Shown: positions 17,415 through 26,774 of the stretch, one piece after another
Position numbering within the stretch: position 1 is the first letter of the stretch
Layout of the letters: every line of letters starts with the position of its first letter
Assembly (NCBI GenBank): GCA_003144275.1
Contig: NJBF01000012.1
Location: 1 to 32,000 of the forward strand
DNA from: Candidatus Heimdallarchaeota archaeon B3_Heim
GTDB lineage: Archaea; Asgardarchaeota; Heimdallarchaeia; Hodarchaeales; Hodarchaeaceae
Direction: 5' to 3'
Length of the DNA: 32,000 nt
The notes under the pieces: model-generated
What the model saw: the letters and a program-made list of their open reading frames with translations, nothing else
The model's database searches: none
Told to the model about the DNA's origin: nothing
Translations under genes and position numbers: made by a program

Positions 17415-20400
17415 ATGATTTTTAGTATTTCGATATTTAGCTTAGGTAATCTTCCGTCTAGCCATCACACTGCTCCTAAAAATTCCGTGAATATTCTAAT
17501 TCTTTTAAAAAATGATGACTATGATAATAAGAGAAATAGGATGGAATTTAAACCAGTTTCTACCGAACTCAAAAATCTCCGACTTCAGCAACAATCGATC
17601 CCATCTTTTGGAGAAGAGCTGTATTCGATAAATGATACATACGGAATCACAACCTCAATGCAGTTTTTCCCAATTGCATTCTCTCCAAATGGATCTATTC
17701 TTGCCTCTATTAATGATAATCTATCCATCAGCTTATGGAATATCTCCTCTAATACAAAAATTAAAGATATTGGATTTCATTCTGCTCCTTTTGATTTTAT
17801 TGTATTTTCACCTGATGGTTCATTAATCGCTTCAGGGGGCGAATCTCCTGATTATTCTATAAAGTTATGGAATGTCTCTTCAGGAAATTTAGTAACAACA
17901 CTAACTGGTCATTCTAAGCCGGTAAAATCGGTAGATTTCTCTTCAAACGGTCTACTTCTTGCCTCAGGTGGAAGAGATAATAATCTAAAACTATGGAATA
18001 TAATGACAGGAGAAGTAAAAACAATTTCAGATGAGGGAAATTGGATTAATTCGATAGCTTTTTCTCCTACTGAACCAATTTTAGCAGCAGCTAATTCGAA
18101 CTCCGATATTACTGTATGGGAATTTACAAGTGGTACCCTACCGTTAAATGGAACAAAAATTGCTACCTTGAGTAACCACACACAAGCTGTCTATTCTCTG
18201 GATTTCTCTCCCAACGGACAAGTATTAGTTTCGGGTAGTAAAGATAAAACAATAAGACTTTGGGATATAACCTTATTAAAAGAATCTAGAACGTATACAC
18301 AAGAAATTATGTATACTTCATCAGAAATTAAATCAGTAGCTATGTCGGTAGATGGAACAACGTTTGCCTCAAGTTTCGAGGATCCATTAGAAGGACAATC
18401 CATCGTGAAATTATGGAATCGAACCTTTAGTCCTTTCCAACCTATAAATGCTAATTTATCAAGTCATCTGGATCAGATTCGATCTATAGTTTTCTCCCCT
18501 GATGCCTCGATTTTGGCCTCTAGTAGCTGGGATCGCTCTATCAAGATTTGGAATGTGATTCAAATTTCTAATGACCTTGATAATGATGGAATGGACGATA
18601 ATTGGGAGTCACTACATGGTCTCAATTCTACAGATTATTGGGACAAATTTGCGGATCTTGATCAAGATGGATTAACAAACAGAATGGAATTTTATTATAA
18701 TTTAAATGTAAGTAACAGGGATTCAGATGGCGATTCTCTCCCCGATGGCTGGGAATTTCTTTATACCCTTAATAATTCCAAGAATGATGCGAATTCTGAT
18801 TTTGATGAGGATGGCTTAACCAATTTTCAAGAGTATGAGAATGGAACTAATCCCATGAATCCGTTTGATGTATTTCTAGATCATGATGGTGACAACATGT
18901 CCACTGGTTGGGAAGCTTATTACGGTTTAGATCCCTTTAATCCTCAAGATGCTCAAATAGACCATGATTTGGATGGAATTCCAGATCTCTGGGAAGCTTA
19001 TTACAGATTAAATCCTATTGACTCTGAAGATGCACTCTTAGACAAGGACAAGGATGGAATGGATAATTTATGGGAACACCAGATGGGATTAGATCCTAGA
19101 AATAATAGTGATGCCTCTCTTGATAAGGATGGAGATAACCTCTTAAATCTGGAAGAATTTGATTTCAATTCATCTGCAATCTTATTGGATACTGATGGAG
19201 ACGGTATGAATGATTTTTATGAATATTCAAATGGATTTGATCCTCGGGATAAGTTTGACATTTATCAAGACTTTGATGGGGATGAGATGACGAATGGATG
19301 GGAAGCTTCTTATGGACTAGATCCCTTAAATTCCTCTGATGCTGAAGAAGATAATGATGGAGATGGAATACCCAATTTATATGAAGCCAATTATGGTTTG
19401 AATCCTATAGATCCTAAAGATGGAGTCATGGATCATGATGATGATGGAATGACGAATATTTGGGAACATCTTATGGGATTAGATCCTAGAAATAATAGTG
19501 ATGCCTCTCTTGATATGGATGGAGATAACCTCTCAAATTTGGAAGAATTTAATTTCACTTCATCTGCAATTCTTTTTGATTCTGATTTTGATGGCATGGA
19601 TGACTATTACGAGTCTCAAATGGGATTAGATCCAAATGAGGATGATTCCAATTTAGACAAAGACAATGATAGCATGCCAAATATTTGGGAATACAAAAAT
19701 TCTCTTAATGCAAATTTCTATAATGACAGTAAAATCGATTCTGATGGGGATGGAATTATTAATGTTGATGAATTCAACGAAGGGACCGATCCTAATAATT
19801 TTTGGAGTTTTCCATTGATTAGTTTTAGCCGAGTTCATTTACTAACAACATTATTTCTTGTTGTAGCTGGAGTGACTTTTTTTTCATTTTATATGTTCTT
19901 CCAAACTCAAAGACGTAATTTAATCGAAAAATCAATGGCTCCAGACTATCCTACTGCCCAATTGATCCTATCTTCAGGCTACAAGATATATCCTGAGTTG
20001 GTCCAATCGAAAAATGAGGCCATAGAAAAACTCCGTAAAGGACAGATACAATATCATCGAGGAAAGTTCCTTCAAGCAATTCAGTCATATGAACAAGGAT
20101 TGGCAGAGTTTGAACGCATTAAAAATGATCGATTCATTGCGGAATCGGTTTACCTAATTGCATGTAGTCAAAAGGAAATTTCACTTTTAGCTAAGGAAAG
20201 CTCTTTCTTAAAGCGATTTCCATCAACGATCCCTATTGGATCGAAAATTCATGGATTTGACCTTATGAATAAAGCGTTAGTAGCTGAACAGTCTCATAAT
20301 TGGGGAGCTGCAAGAAATTACTGGATAGCGGCGCAAAATACTTTTGATTTAAACCTGGAGTATCATACACAATGTCAAGGTGCGGTACTGGAATTAGATT

Positions 20401-20789
20401 TTCATTCTATACTAACAAATTCAGAGGATATAGATGAGAATCTATTCCTACAGAAGTTAGTTGAATGGATAGATCATTGTAAAGAAAAAAACTTATTTAC
20501 ACAACTTGCTCAAGGATATCTGTTACATGCAAGGTATACTTTTTCAAAATATGAGGTTGGTGAGGTTGAACAGTGGTATGACATGTGTATCTTGGTTTCA
20601 CGTGAAAATGGTTTGGTTAAGTATCTTAATTTGGCTCAAAATGGGAAAAAAAATCTGGAAAAATACAGAAAAAGAATTTCAGACTTACTGCAGGTAAAGC
20701 AAAGTTTAACTCCTGAACAACAAAAGGATCTATTCCGTGAATACATGCAAAAAGCACTAGAGACTATGGAAAATGATCAAATGGATTGA
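17415..20789 (+). CDS. Receptor-like membrane protein: WD40 propeller + DxDxDG (TSP3-like Ca-binding) stalk + TM + TPR-like domain
   Basis: Seven WD repeats (about 17660-18560), 16 DxDxD(G/N/S/E) repeats (about 18570-19806), TM HLLTTLFLVVAGVTFFSFYMFF (about 19835-19900), TPR-like LRKGQIQYHRGKFLQAIQSYEQG. The true start is uncertain. Confidence 0.85.
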   Translation: MIFSISIFSLGNLPSSHHTAPKNSVNILILLKNDDYDNKRNRMEFKPVSTELKNLRLQQQSIPSFGEELYSINDTYGITTSMQFFPIAFSPNGSILASINDNLSISLWNISSNTKIKDIGFHSAPFDFIVFSPDGSLIASGGESPDYSIKLWNVSSGNLVTTLTGHSKPVKSVDFSSNGLLLASGGRDNNLKLWNIMTGEVKTISDEGNWINSIAFSPTEPILAAANSNSDITVWEFTSGTLPLNGTKIATLSNHTQAVYSLDFSPNGQVLVSGSKDKTIRLWDITLLKESRTYTQEIMYTSSEIKSVAMSVDGTTFASSFEDPLEGQSIVKLWNRTFSPFQPINANLSSHLDQIRSIVFSPDASILASSSWDRSIKIWNVIQISNDLDNDGMDDNWESLHGLNSTDYWDKFADLDQDGLTNRMEFYYNLNVSNRDSDGDSLPDGWEFLYTLNNSKNDANSDFDEDGLTNFQEYENGTNPMNPFDVFLDHDGDNMSTGWEAYYGLDPFNPQDAQIDHDLDGIPDLWEAYYRLNPIDSEDALLDKDKDGMDNLWEHQMGLDPRNNSDASLDKDGDNLLNLEEFDFNSSAILLDTDGDGMNDFYEYSNGFDPRDKFDIYQDFDGDEMTNGWEASYGLDPLNSSDAEEDNDGDGIPNLYEANYGLNPIDPKDGVMDHDDDGMTNIWEHLMGLDPRNNSDASLDMDGDNLSNLEEFNFTSSAILFDSDFDGMDDYYESQMGLDPNEDDSNLDKDNDSMPNIWEYKNSLNANFYNDSKIDSDGDGIINVDEFNEGTDPNNFWSFPLISFSRVHLLTTLFLVVAGVTFFSFYMFFQTQRRNLIEKSMAPDYPTAQLILSSGYKIYPELVQSKNEAIEKLRKGQIQYHRGKFLQAIQSYEQGLAEFERIKNDRFIAESVYLIACSQKEISLLAKESSFLKRFPSTIPIGSKIHGFDLMNKALVAEQSHNWGAARNYWIAAQNTFDLNLEYHTQCQGAVLELDFHSILTNSEDIDENLFLQKLVEWIDHCKEKNLFTQLAQGYLLHARYTFSKYEVGEVEQWYDMCILVSRENGLVKYLNLAQNGKKNLEKYRKRISDLLQVKQSLTPEQQKDLFREYMQKALETMENDQMD
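18879..19658 (+). repeat. Intragenic tandem duplication, two 390-bp (130-aa) units
   Basis: Units 18879-19268 and 19269-19658; 43 identical nt at 19083-19125 and 19473-19515, with high similarity around them. Confidence 0.85.
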
Positions 20790-20900
20790 TTGGTTCCATT
20801 ATTTTTCTGGTATGTATTATCCTCTAAGAGTATGAATATCGGAAATATATCTATAAATGCTGTTCAGTTAAAAAAAGGGGGAAATGAGGATAATCCTCAC

Positions 20901-22643
20901 TTATGTTATTTTCCGTCTTTTTACATAAAAAGCTAAGGATACCATCGTGAACATAATGAGTTCCAATGGAATAAAAGACGCCTGGTTTGAATCTGTGTCA
21001 GTAGTAGAAGGTTCTGAAGTGGTTGTAGTAGAAGATTCAGGAGTAAAATCGATGGTAGAATTACTGAATTTTGTTACAAACAGTGATTTTACTGTCCCAT
21101 ATTCTGAAACTAATGTATGATTACTTGTTGGTAAACCTCCATTTGTATATCCCGTTATTATGATATCATTATCATCTAAAGTGATTTCGAATGCTCCATC
21201 ATAGCCAGGTCCACCAAAAAATGATGAATATAACAGGTCAGAACCATCAGCAGCTAAAACACTTACGAATGCATCATCATAATAATTATCTGGAGGGGTA
21301 TTATCTAGTGTATACATTGGTTTCACAGGAAAATCACTGGAATACGTGTGTCCAGTTATGTAAATATTATCATTTTCATCTAATACTATGTCCCGACAGA
21401 ATTCATAGCTAATACTTCCACCAACGTAAGTTGAGAATAGAATACTTGATCCATCTGCAGAAATTTTAGTAACGAAAATATCAGCGAGAATATTTTCCCA
21501 AAATCCACCTTGAAAATTTGGATTATATGAATTCGCGGTAACAGGGAAATCACTTGACCCAGTATGGCCTGCAATTATGACATTATCTGCACTGTCTATA
21601 GCAAGTGCATTAATATATTCTCCTCCAGTTCCTCCAAGATAAGTCGAATATAATAAATCAGAACCATCAGCAGAGAGTTTGCTCAAAGTTAATTCGGCAC
21701 CTTTTAAATCTTCTCCGGGTAGAGATCCTATTCCGCCATTAGATGTTGTATTCAAGGCATCAGGCGTAACTGGATAGTTATTTGAGCTAGTAGTTCCACC
21801 AATATAGATATTTCCAGCACTATCGAGATCAATCTTGGGATTCATATCCCACTGACTTCCACCAATGAATGTTGAAAATTCTAATGTTGATCCATCAGAA
21901 GACAAACAGGCAACAAAGAGGTCTTCATGTCCTCCATGTGTTCTGTTATATGCGCCAAGCGTTGTTGGAAAATCACTCGATTCAGTATTCCCTGCTAAGT
22001 AAATTCTGTCAGAACTATCAACTCGAATATTTATGATAGAGTCTTGGCCACTTCCACCAATCAAAGTGGAAAAGAGAAGTTCCGATCCATCGGCAGAAAG
22101 TTTCGTGATGACGGCATCAAAATCCCCACCATTATATATTCGGTCATAAGCCCCAACGGTTGTTGGAAATTCGATAGAGGAGGTATAACTACCAAGAATA
22201 ACATTGTCATTGCTATCAAGGGCTATACGGACAATGCCATCACCAAAATTTCCTTGTGTTCCTCCTATAAATGTGGAAAAGATCAGTTCGGATCCATCAG
22301 GAGAAAATCTTGCAACAAAGATGTCGCTATCACTATCGCTTTTTGTCCGATTAAAGGCATTAGCTGTGGTCGGAAAATAAGAAGTAGACGTCCAACCTGC
22401 GATAAAGATGCTATTATCACTTCCGATAGCAGTCGAAAAGCTCTCATCACCAAAGATACGAGCTCCAATATACGCGGTAAAATTTACTGCTAGGTTAAGA
22501 CTTTCTATAGATTGTGTTTTTTGAACTTTTCCAAGACTTAACTCACTATGTGAATTATTCATTATTCCAACTTCGAGATCACTGATTAATGTCATATTAA
22601 AAATCAATAATGCCGAAGCGAGTAAAAAATATTTACTTTTCAT
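20901..22643 (-). CDS. SBBP-repeat beta-propeller surface protein with Ser/Thr linker and C-terminal TM anchor
   Basis: Signal peptide MKSKYFLLASALLIF; repeats (F/Y)ST(F/Y/L)(I/L/V)GG...D...DSxxNIYIxGxTxSxDFP; STTTTSEPSTT linker; TM followed by KRRK. Confidence 0.85.
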   Translation of the reverse strand: MKSKYFLLASALLIFNMTLISDLEVGIMNNSHSELSLGKVQKTQSIESLNLAVNFTAYIGARIFGDESFSTAIGSDNSIFIAGWTSTSYFPTTANAFNRTKSDSDSDIFVARFSPDGSELIFSTFIGGTQGNFGDGIVRIALDSNDNVILGSYTSSIEFPTTVGAYDRIYNGGDFDAVITKLSADGSELLFSTLIGGSGQDSIINIRVDSSDRIYLAGNTESSDFPTTLGAYNRTHGGHEDLFVACLSSDGSTLEFSTFIGGSQWDMNPKIDLDSAGNIYIGGTTSSNNYPVTPDALNTTSNGGIGSLPGEDLKGAELTLSKLSADGSDLLYSTYLGGTGGEYINALAIDSADNVIIAGHTGSSDFPVTANSYNPNFQGGFWENILADIFVTKISADGSSILFSTYVGGSISYEFCRDIVLDENDNIYITGHTYSSDFPVKPMYTLDNTPPDNYYDDAFVSVLAADGSDLLYSSFFGGPGYDGAFEITLDDNDIIITGYTNGGLPTSNHTLVSEYGTVKSLFVTKFSNSTIDFTPESSTTTTSEPSTTDTDSNQASFIPLELIMFTMVSLAFYVKRRKIT

Positions 22644-23149
22644 TCTGTATTACCTCTTTTATGTGTGATACATTAAATTGATCACATGAGGATGAATTTC
22701 TTCATAATTTAACTATAATTGCTCAATATCTGTTGAGTTAAATATAATTGATATACTTAGGGAAGTAGCTTATATCAATAGTAATAGCAATTATACGAGT
22801 ATCCAAACTTATTATAGATTTCACTTCTATTTCGTAAATTACCAATTTCCATAGTAATATTTGGTATTGATCCTTTAGAACAATGAATAATTCGTCTAAT
22901 TCATTGATATTAACCTCTAGTTACTCTCATTATATAGAGAAGTATCCAGCTGGTCAATTTTTATTGAGTAAAACATTAAATTCATATTAGCTTTCAATTT
23001 TTTATGAAAGATCAATGTGTACTAAATAATAATTAACGTTTTTCTATCAAGAAAGACGGTTTATCCAAAATAGATCGAAATTCAGGACAAAGATTTTTTA
23101 GTTACGATTCATGAATTCAAATTTATAATGAATATTTGGAGGATTTAGA

Positions 23150-23992
23150 TTGAAATCACTGGCAATATTATCACACAAAGGTGGAGTTGGTAAAACAATT
23201 TTAGCAGTAAATTTAGCCATTCATTTAGCAGCAGAGGGTAAAAATATTTGCCTAATCGATAGTGATTTTCACGGACCTTCAATCTTAACGTTCTTTACTC
23301 CCAAATCGGAGATCCATTGGATTAACAGTTTTCTAACAGGTGAATCTTCTCTCGAGGAATGTTTACAGGATTTAAGTAACGATTTAGCCTTATCAGGAAA
23401 ATTGCTAGTTGCATTTGCTGATCCCACACCAGAATCAATCCAGAATGTAATCCGTCTTGATCAAAACACTTCAATGAAAATGCTCCATTATCTCATGAAA
23501 ATGAAGAGTATGTTACGAGAGGAGCCATATTCCATCGATTACCTAATTCTTGATTGTTCACCTGGGACAGGGTTTTCAACCATCAATGTAATGGTCATTA
23601 CAGAAATTATACTCTTTATGGTTAAAGTAACAAATGCCGATATTATTGGAACCTCGCACATGATTGAAGGATTACATAAACAACTTAAAAGTAGAACAAA
23701 AATTATTGCTAATCAAATTCCTTCAGACTTTTTAAATGACCAAACTAAAAAAGAACATTTTCAAAAATTGATTGAGAATCTGCTTAAAAAAGATCTTGGT
23801 GACAAAACTGTAGATTTCATGGGATGGATACCGAATGATCTGGACTTATACAAAACCGAATTCGAAACAGCAATAAAAACTCTAGAAGGAAACCCTACAA
23901 GAAGAATGATTCACACACTAGACAAACCAGACCATATCATTTCTAAGATTATCAAAGAATTAGCTAATAACCTATTCGGAGACAACAACTGA
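23150..23992 (+). CDS. MinD/ParA-family (SIMIBI) ATPase
   Basis: TTG start after GGAGG; deviant Walker A SHKGGVGKT; CLIDSDFHGPS; YLILDCSPG. Confidence 0.9.
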   Translation: MKSLAILSHKGGVGKTILAVNLAIHLAAEGKNICLIDSDFHGPSILTFFTPKSEIHWINSFLTGESSLEECLQDLSNDLALSGKLLVAFADPTPESIQNVIRLDQNTSMKMLHYLMKMKSMLREEPYSIDYLILDCSPGTGFSTINVMVITEIILFMVKVTNADIIGTSHMIEGLHKQLKSRTKIIANQIPSDFLNDQTKKEHFQKLIENLLKKDLGDKTVDFMGWIPNDLDLYKTEFETAIKTLEGNPTRRMIHTLDKPDHIISKIIKELANNLFGDNN

Positions 23993-24628
23993 ATGATTGC
24001 TTATGCAGTTTATGTCATTTCAATGGATGGAAGACCACTTGTTTCGGAAACTTTTCAGTCCGCTGAGACTATTCCCAATGAAATGTTGTTAGCAGGATTA
24101 ATGACTGCTCTTCAAGGGGTCGCTACTGAATTAAGTCAAGGTAAATCTGGGTTAAAAAGTATTAAAATTGATAATTTATCCTATCATTTCAAATCATTTG
24201 GCCAATACCAAATTGTTTTAGTAACAGATTTACCGGAGACTCCAGAAAATGTGCTCCACCGATTGGGTATACAATTCATGAAAGATTTTGGAGAACAGCT
24301 GATCAAAGATTCACTCGATCTTAACACTTTCCAACCATTTAGTGATACAATTAATGAAATCGTGAGAGAAGAGCTAACTATTGATAATTCTAAGATGATT
24401 ATCCCTACCAAAAAATTTAGTTCTGGCGAATTGTATCAGCTACCATCTCACTTACAACCCACTGCACTAGCAATGATAGCTTTAAAGGAGGGGAATGTCG
24501 AAGAAATAGCCTCTGAAAGTGAAAAGAGCATCGAAGATACAGTTGACAATTTAGAATCTCTTCAAGATATGGGATTAATTGGTAAAAAAGTCACTAACGA
24601 TCACGTGAGTTATTTTTGCTCATTTTAA
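23993..24628 (+). CDS. Longin/roadblock-like domain + C-terminal winged-HTH protein
   Basis: ATG directly abuts the MinD TGA. N-terminal VYVISMDGRPL...MLLAGLMTAL...YQIVLVTD pattern resembles longin domains; C-terminal EEIASESEKSIEDTVDNLESLQDMGLI resembles a wHTH. Confidence 0.6.
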   Translation: MIAYAVYVISMDGRPLVSETFQSAETIPNEMLLAGLMTALQGVATELSQGKSGLKSIKIDNLSYHFKSFGQYQIVLVTDLPETPENVLHRLGIQFMKDFGEQLIKDSLDLNTFQPFSDTINEIVREELTIDNSKMIIPTKKFSSGELYQLPSHLQPTALAMIALKEGNVEEIASESEKSIEDTVDNLESLQDMGLIGKKVTNDHVSYFCSF

Positions 24629-24633
24629 AAACC

Positions 24634-26577
24634 TCAGAATGAATCCTGCCCATATTGCTTGTAATTTGCTACTACATTCTTGATAAAAGTCCAATTCAAC
24701 AATTGGATGTTATCTAGATTCTTTGACCCAATTTTTAGTTCAAAATTTTCCCCTAAATTCTTGACATCGTCAGGTTCAAGTTTTAAATGTATCAATACTA
24801 ATTTACCCTCATTATTCAATTCGAAGCGTGTATTAAGGCAAAGCCAATGAAAAAAATCTATTGATTTGTCAATATTTACTTGATTTATCGATTCCCAAAT
24901 CGTGTATACAGATGGAACAAGGGTCTCGAATTTTCGTTTAAGAAAAGAATAGATATCTGACGATCTTGGATCAAGAATGATCTTGCATACTTCTGTAGCC
25001 CATTCTTGGTGATAAAAGGAAATTATTTCAAGTTTTTTAAGGCTACTAGATGAACTCTCATACTTTATAGGGGGTAATAATCTAACGAAAGGATTTGTCC
25101 AATGAGCTACTGTGGATTTAACTTTATTTTTCCAATCTCCTTCAGGATATAATTCAGATAATTCTTGTTTAAACGAATTTTCAAGAAATAAGATGAGTTT
25201 GAGTTGTAAGATGTTTTTTTCACCGCGTAATGAATACAATAGTGAAATTAATGAATAAAGTACAAGCGGGAATGTATTATCAATGACAGATTTTTGTAAA
25301 TTTGCCAAGGCGACTTTCAGAAAACCCAAAGAAACAACCATTGCCCAAGGTGACTCGAATGTTTTGTAGGGTTCAGAAGGGCGATTAGTCCATGGAATAA
25401 TGGTAACAAGAACATCGAGTCCTACCCATTTTACCCATTCAGAAAAATATGGGCGCCAATCATCCCAAATGCTGTTTAAATCGAATTGAAGAGCAACTTC
25501 AAAAGGTTGTATTTCCAGTTGTAATTTTTCTACTAATGCGAGAAATTCTTGCTTTCCTGGTGCGGATTGTGGGGAACTCTGTATCACTGACTGTGTGAAT
25601 GCAATGAGAACTGACCATGATTGTGTCCCTGCATCAGTGACCATTTTCTGGATTTTTTCAAGAATTTCGAATGGGACCAAGTGCACATCTTCAATTATAA
25701 CAAGCCATCTAGGGGTTTCTCTCTCTTTTGACATATTACTTGATAAAATAGAAAATAGGGAATCCCACTCTACCTCACCCATATCTTTGGGATTCTCAAT
25801 AAATAAAACTGGTGTCTGGAATAAACGCACCCACCAACTCGCAATATATAATAATAACCGACTCTTCCCCATCCCTGTTGTAGCAAATAGTCCTGCTTTT
25901 CCGCGAGTCTTTAGAACTTCTTGCATCGGTTGAATCAAAGATTTGAGAGGGGGTACGGACAACGATGCATCCATTAAGCAAAAATCTTGTAATCCCCGTG
26001 TTCCGTATGCTAATTTTAATAGACGATCTTCTAACCATTTTCTAGAGTAATCTTCCTCCAATAATGCATCTAATGGTTTAATAAATTGTTTGATCCATTC
26101 ACGAGGTGAAATTGACTGTTCTATTGGTTCTGGTAAAGGAAGAAATATGTTTTCTTCCATCATTGGTGTATTTTTTCCTACAAAAAAATTGAATGATCGT
26201 ATACTAGGTGGTAATTCATCTGGTCTTTTAGGAAGAGAAATTGGTTCAGACAATAGGCCACTGGGAATGCGTACTTCTGAACCGACAACTGATCCTGCTC
26301 CAGAAAGTTGAATATAATTTATTTGATCCATTTCATAGGCTTCTATGAACTTTAGGGTAGTAATTCCGAATTCAGTAAGTTCGTAATATGATTCCTTCTT
26401 CTGTATTAAGTTTGATTCAACTAGTTTTTTAATATGAAAACTAAATTTATTACTTCTAATACCCTCAAAGCATGCTAATAATTCCGAAAAGGACTTTCTA
26501 CTGAAATTAAGCTGCTTTACAACTTCAAAGCGAATTTCTTGACTAAGAATATCAAAAACTTTGAGAGTTTCTTTCAT
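24634..26577 (-). CDS. N-terminal winged-HTH + P-loop (STAND/AAA-like) ATPase protein
   Basis: ArsR-like FDILSQEIRFEVV...SFSELL...SNKFSFHIKKLVESNLI; Walker A ATTGMGKS; Walker B LVIIED; long helical C-terminus. Confidence 0.7.
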   Translation of the reverse strand: MKETLKVFDILSQEIRFEVVKQLNFSRKSFSELLACFEGIRSNKFSFHIKKLVESNLIQKKESYYELTEFGITTLKFIEAYEMDQINYIQLSGAGSVVGSEVRIPSGLLSEPISLPKRPDELPPSIRSFNFFVGKNTPMMEENIFLPLPEPIEQSISPREWIKQFIKPLDALLEEDYSRKWLEDRLLKLAYGTRGLQDFCLMDASLSVPPLKSLIQPMQEVLKTRGKAGLFATTGMGKSRLLLYIASWWVRLFQTPVLFIENPKDMGEVEWDSLFSILSSNMSKERETPRWLVIIEDVHLVPFEILEKIQKMVTDAGTQSWSVLIAFTQSVIQSSPQSAPGKQEFLALVEKLQLEIQPFEVALQFDLNSIWDDWRPYFSEWVKWVGLDVLVTIIPWTNRPSEPYKTFESPWAMVVSLGFLKVALANLQKSVIDNTFPLVLYSLISLLYSLRGEKNILQLKLILFLENSFKQELSELYPEGDWKNKVKSTVAHWTNPFVRLLPPIKYESSSSSLKKLEIISFYHQEWATEVCKIILDPRSSDIYSFLKRKFETLVPSVYTIWESINQVNIDKSIDFFHWLCLNTRFELNNEGKLVLIHLKLEPDDVKNLGENFELKIGSKNLDNIQLLNWTFIKNVVANYKQYGQDSF

Positions 26578-26774
26578 ATCAGGCCGAACCCTAAAGTTGA
26601 AATGGAAAACTGTATTTTAATATTCTTACCTGCAACAATATTGGTGTTAAATGCTTTTTCATTGCTATCTTATTTTCGTGTAGAAGTCTCAAAGAAAGTG
26701 ACCCAGCTTCAAATCAAAGGAAAAGATTTTATTGAAAATTTTAGAAAAAGGAAGAATTAGAAGAAGGATTTAAC

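Noticed and set aside
21241-21673. Repeated GAACCATCAGCAG 13-mer (21241, 21661) as a CRISPR-like or DNA repeat
   Set aside because: It encodes the ADGS motif of SBBP protein repeats; there is no spacer array.
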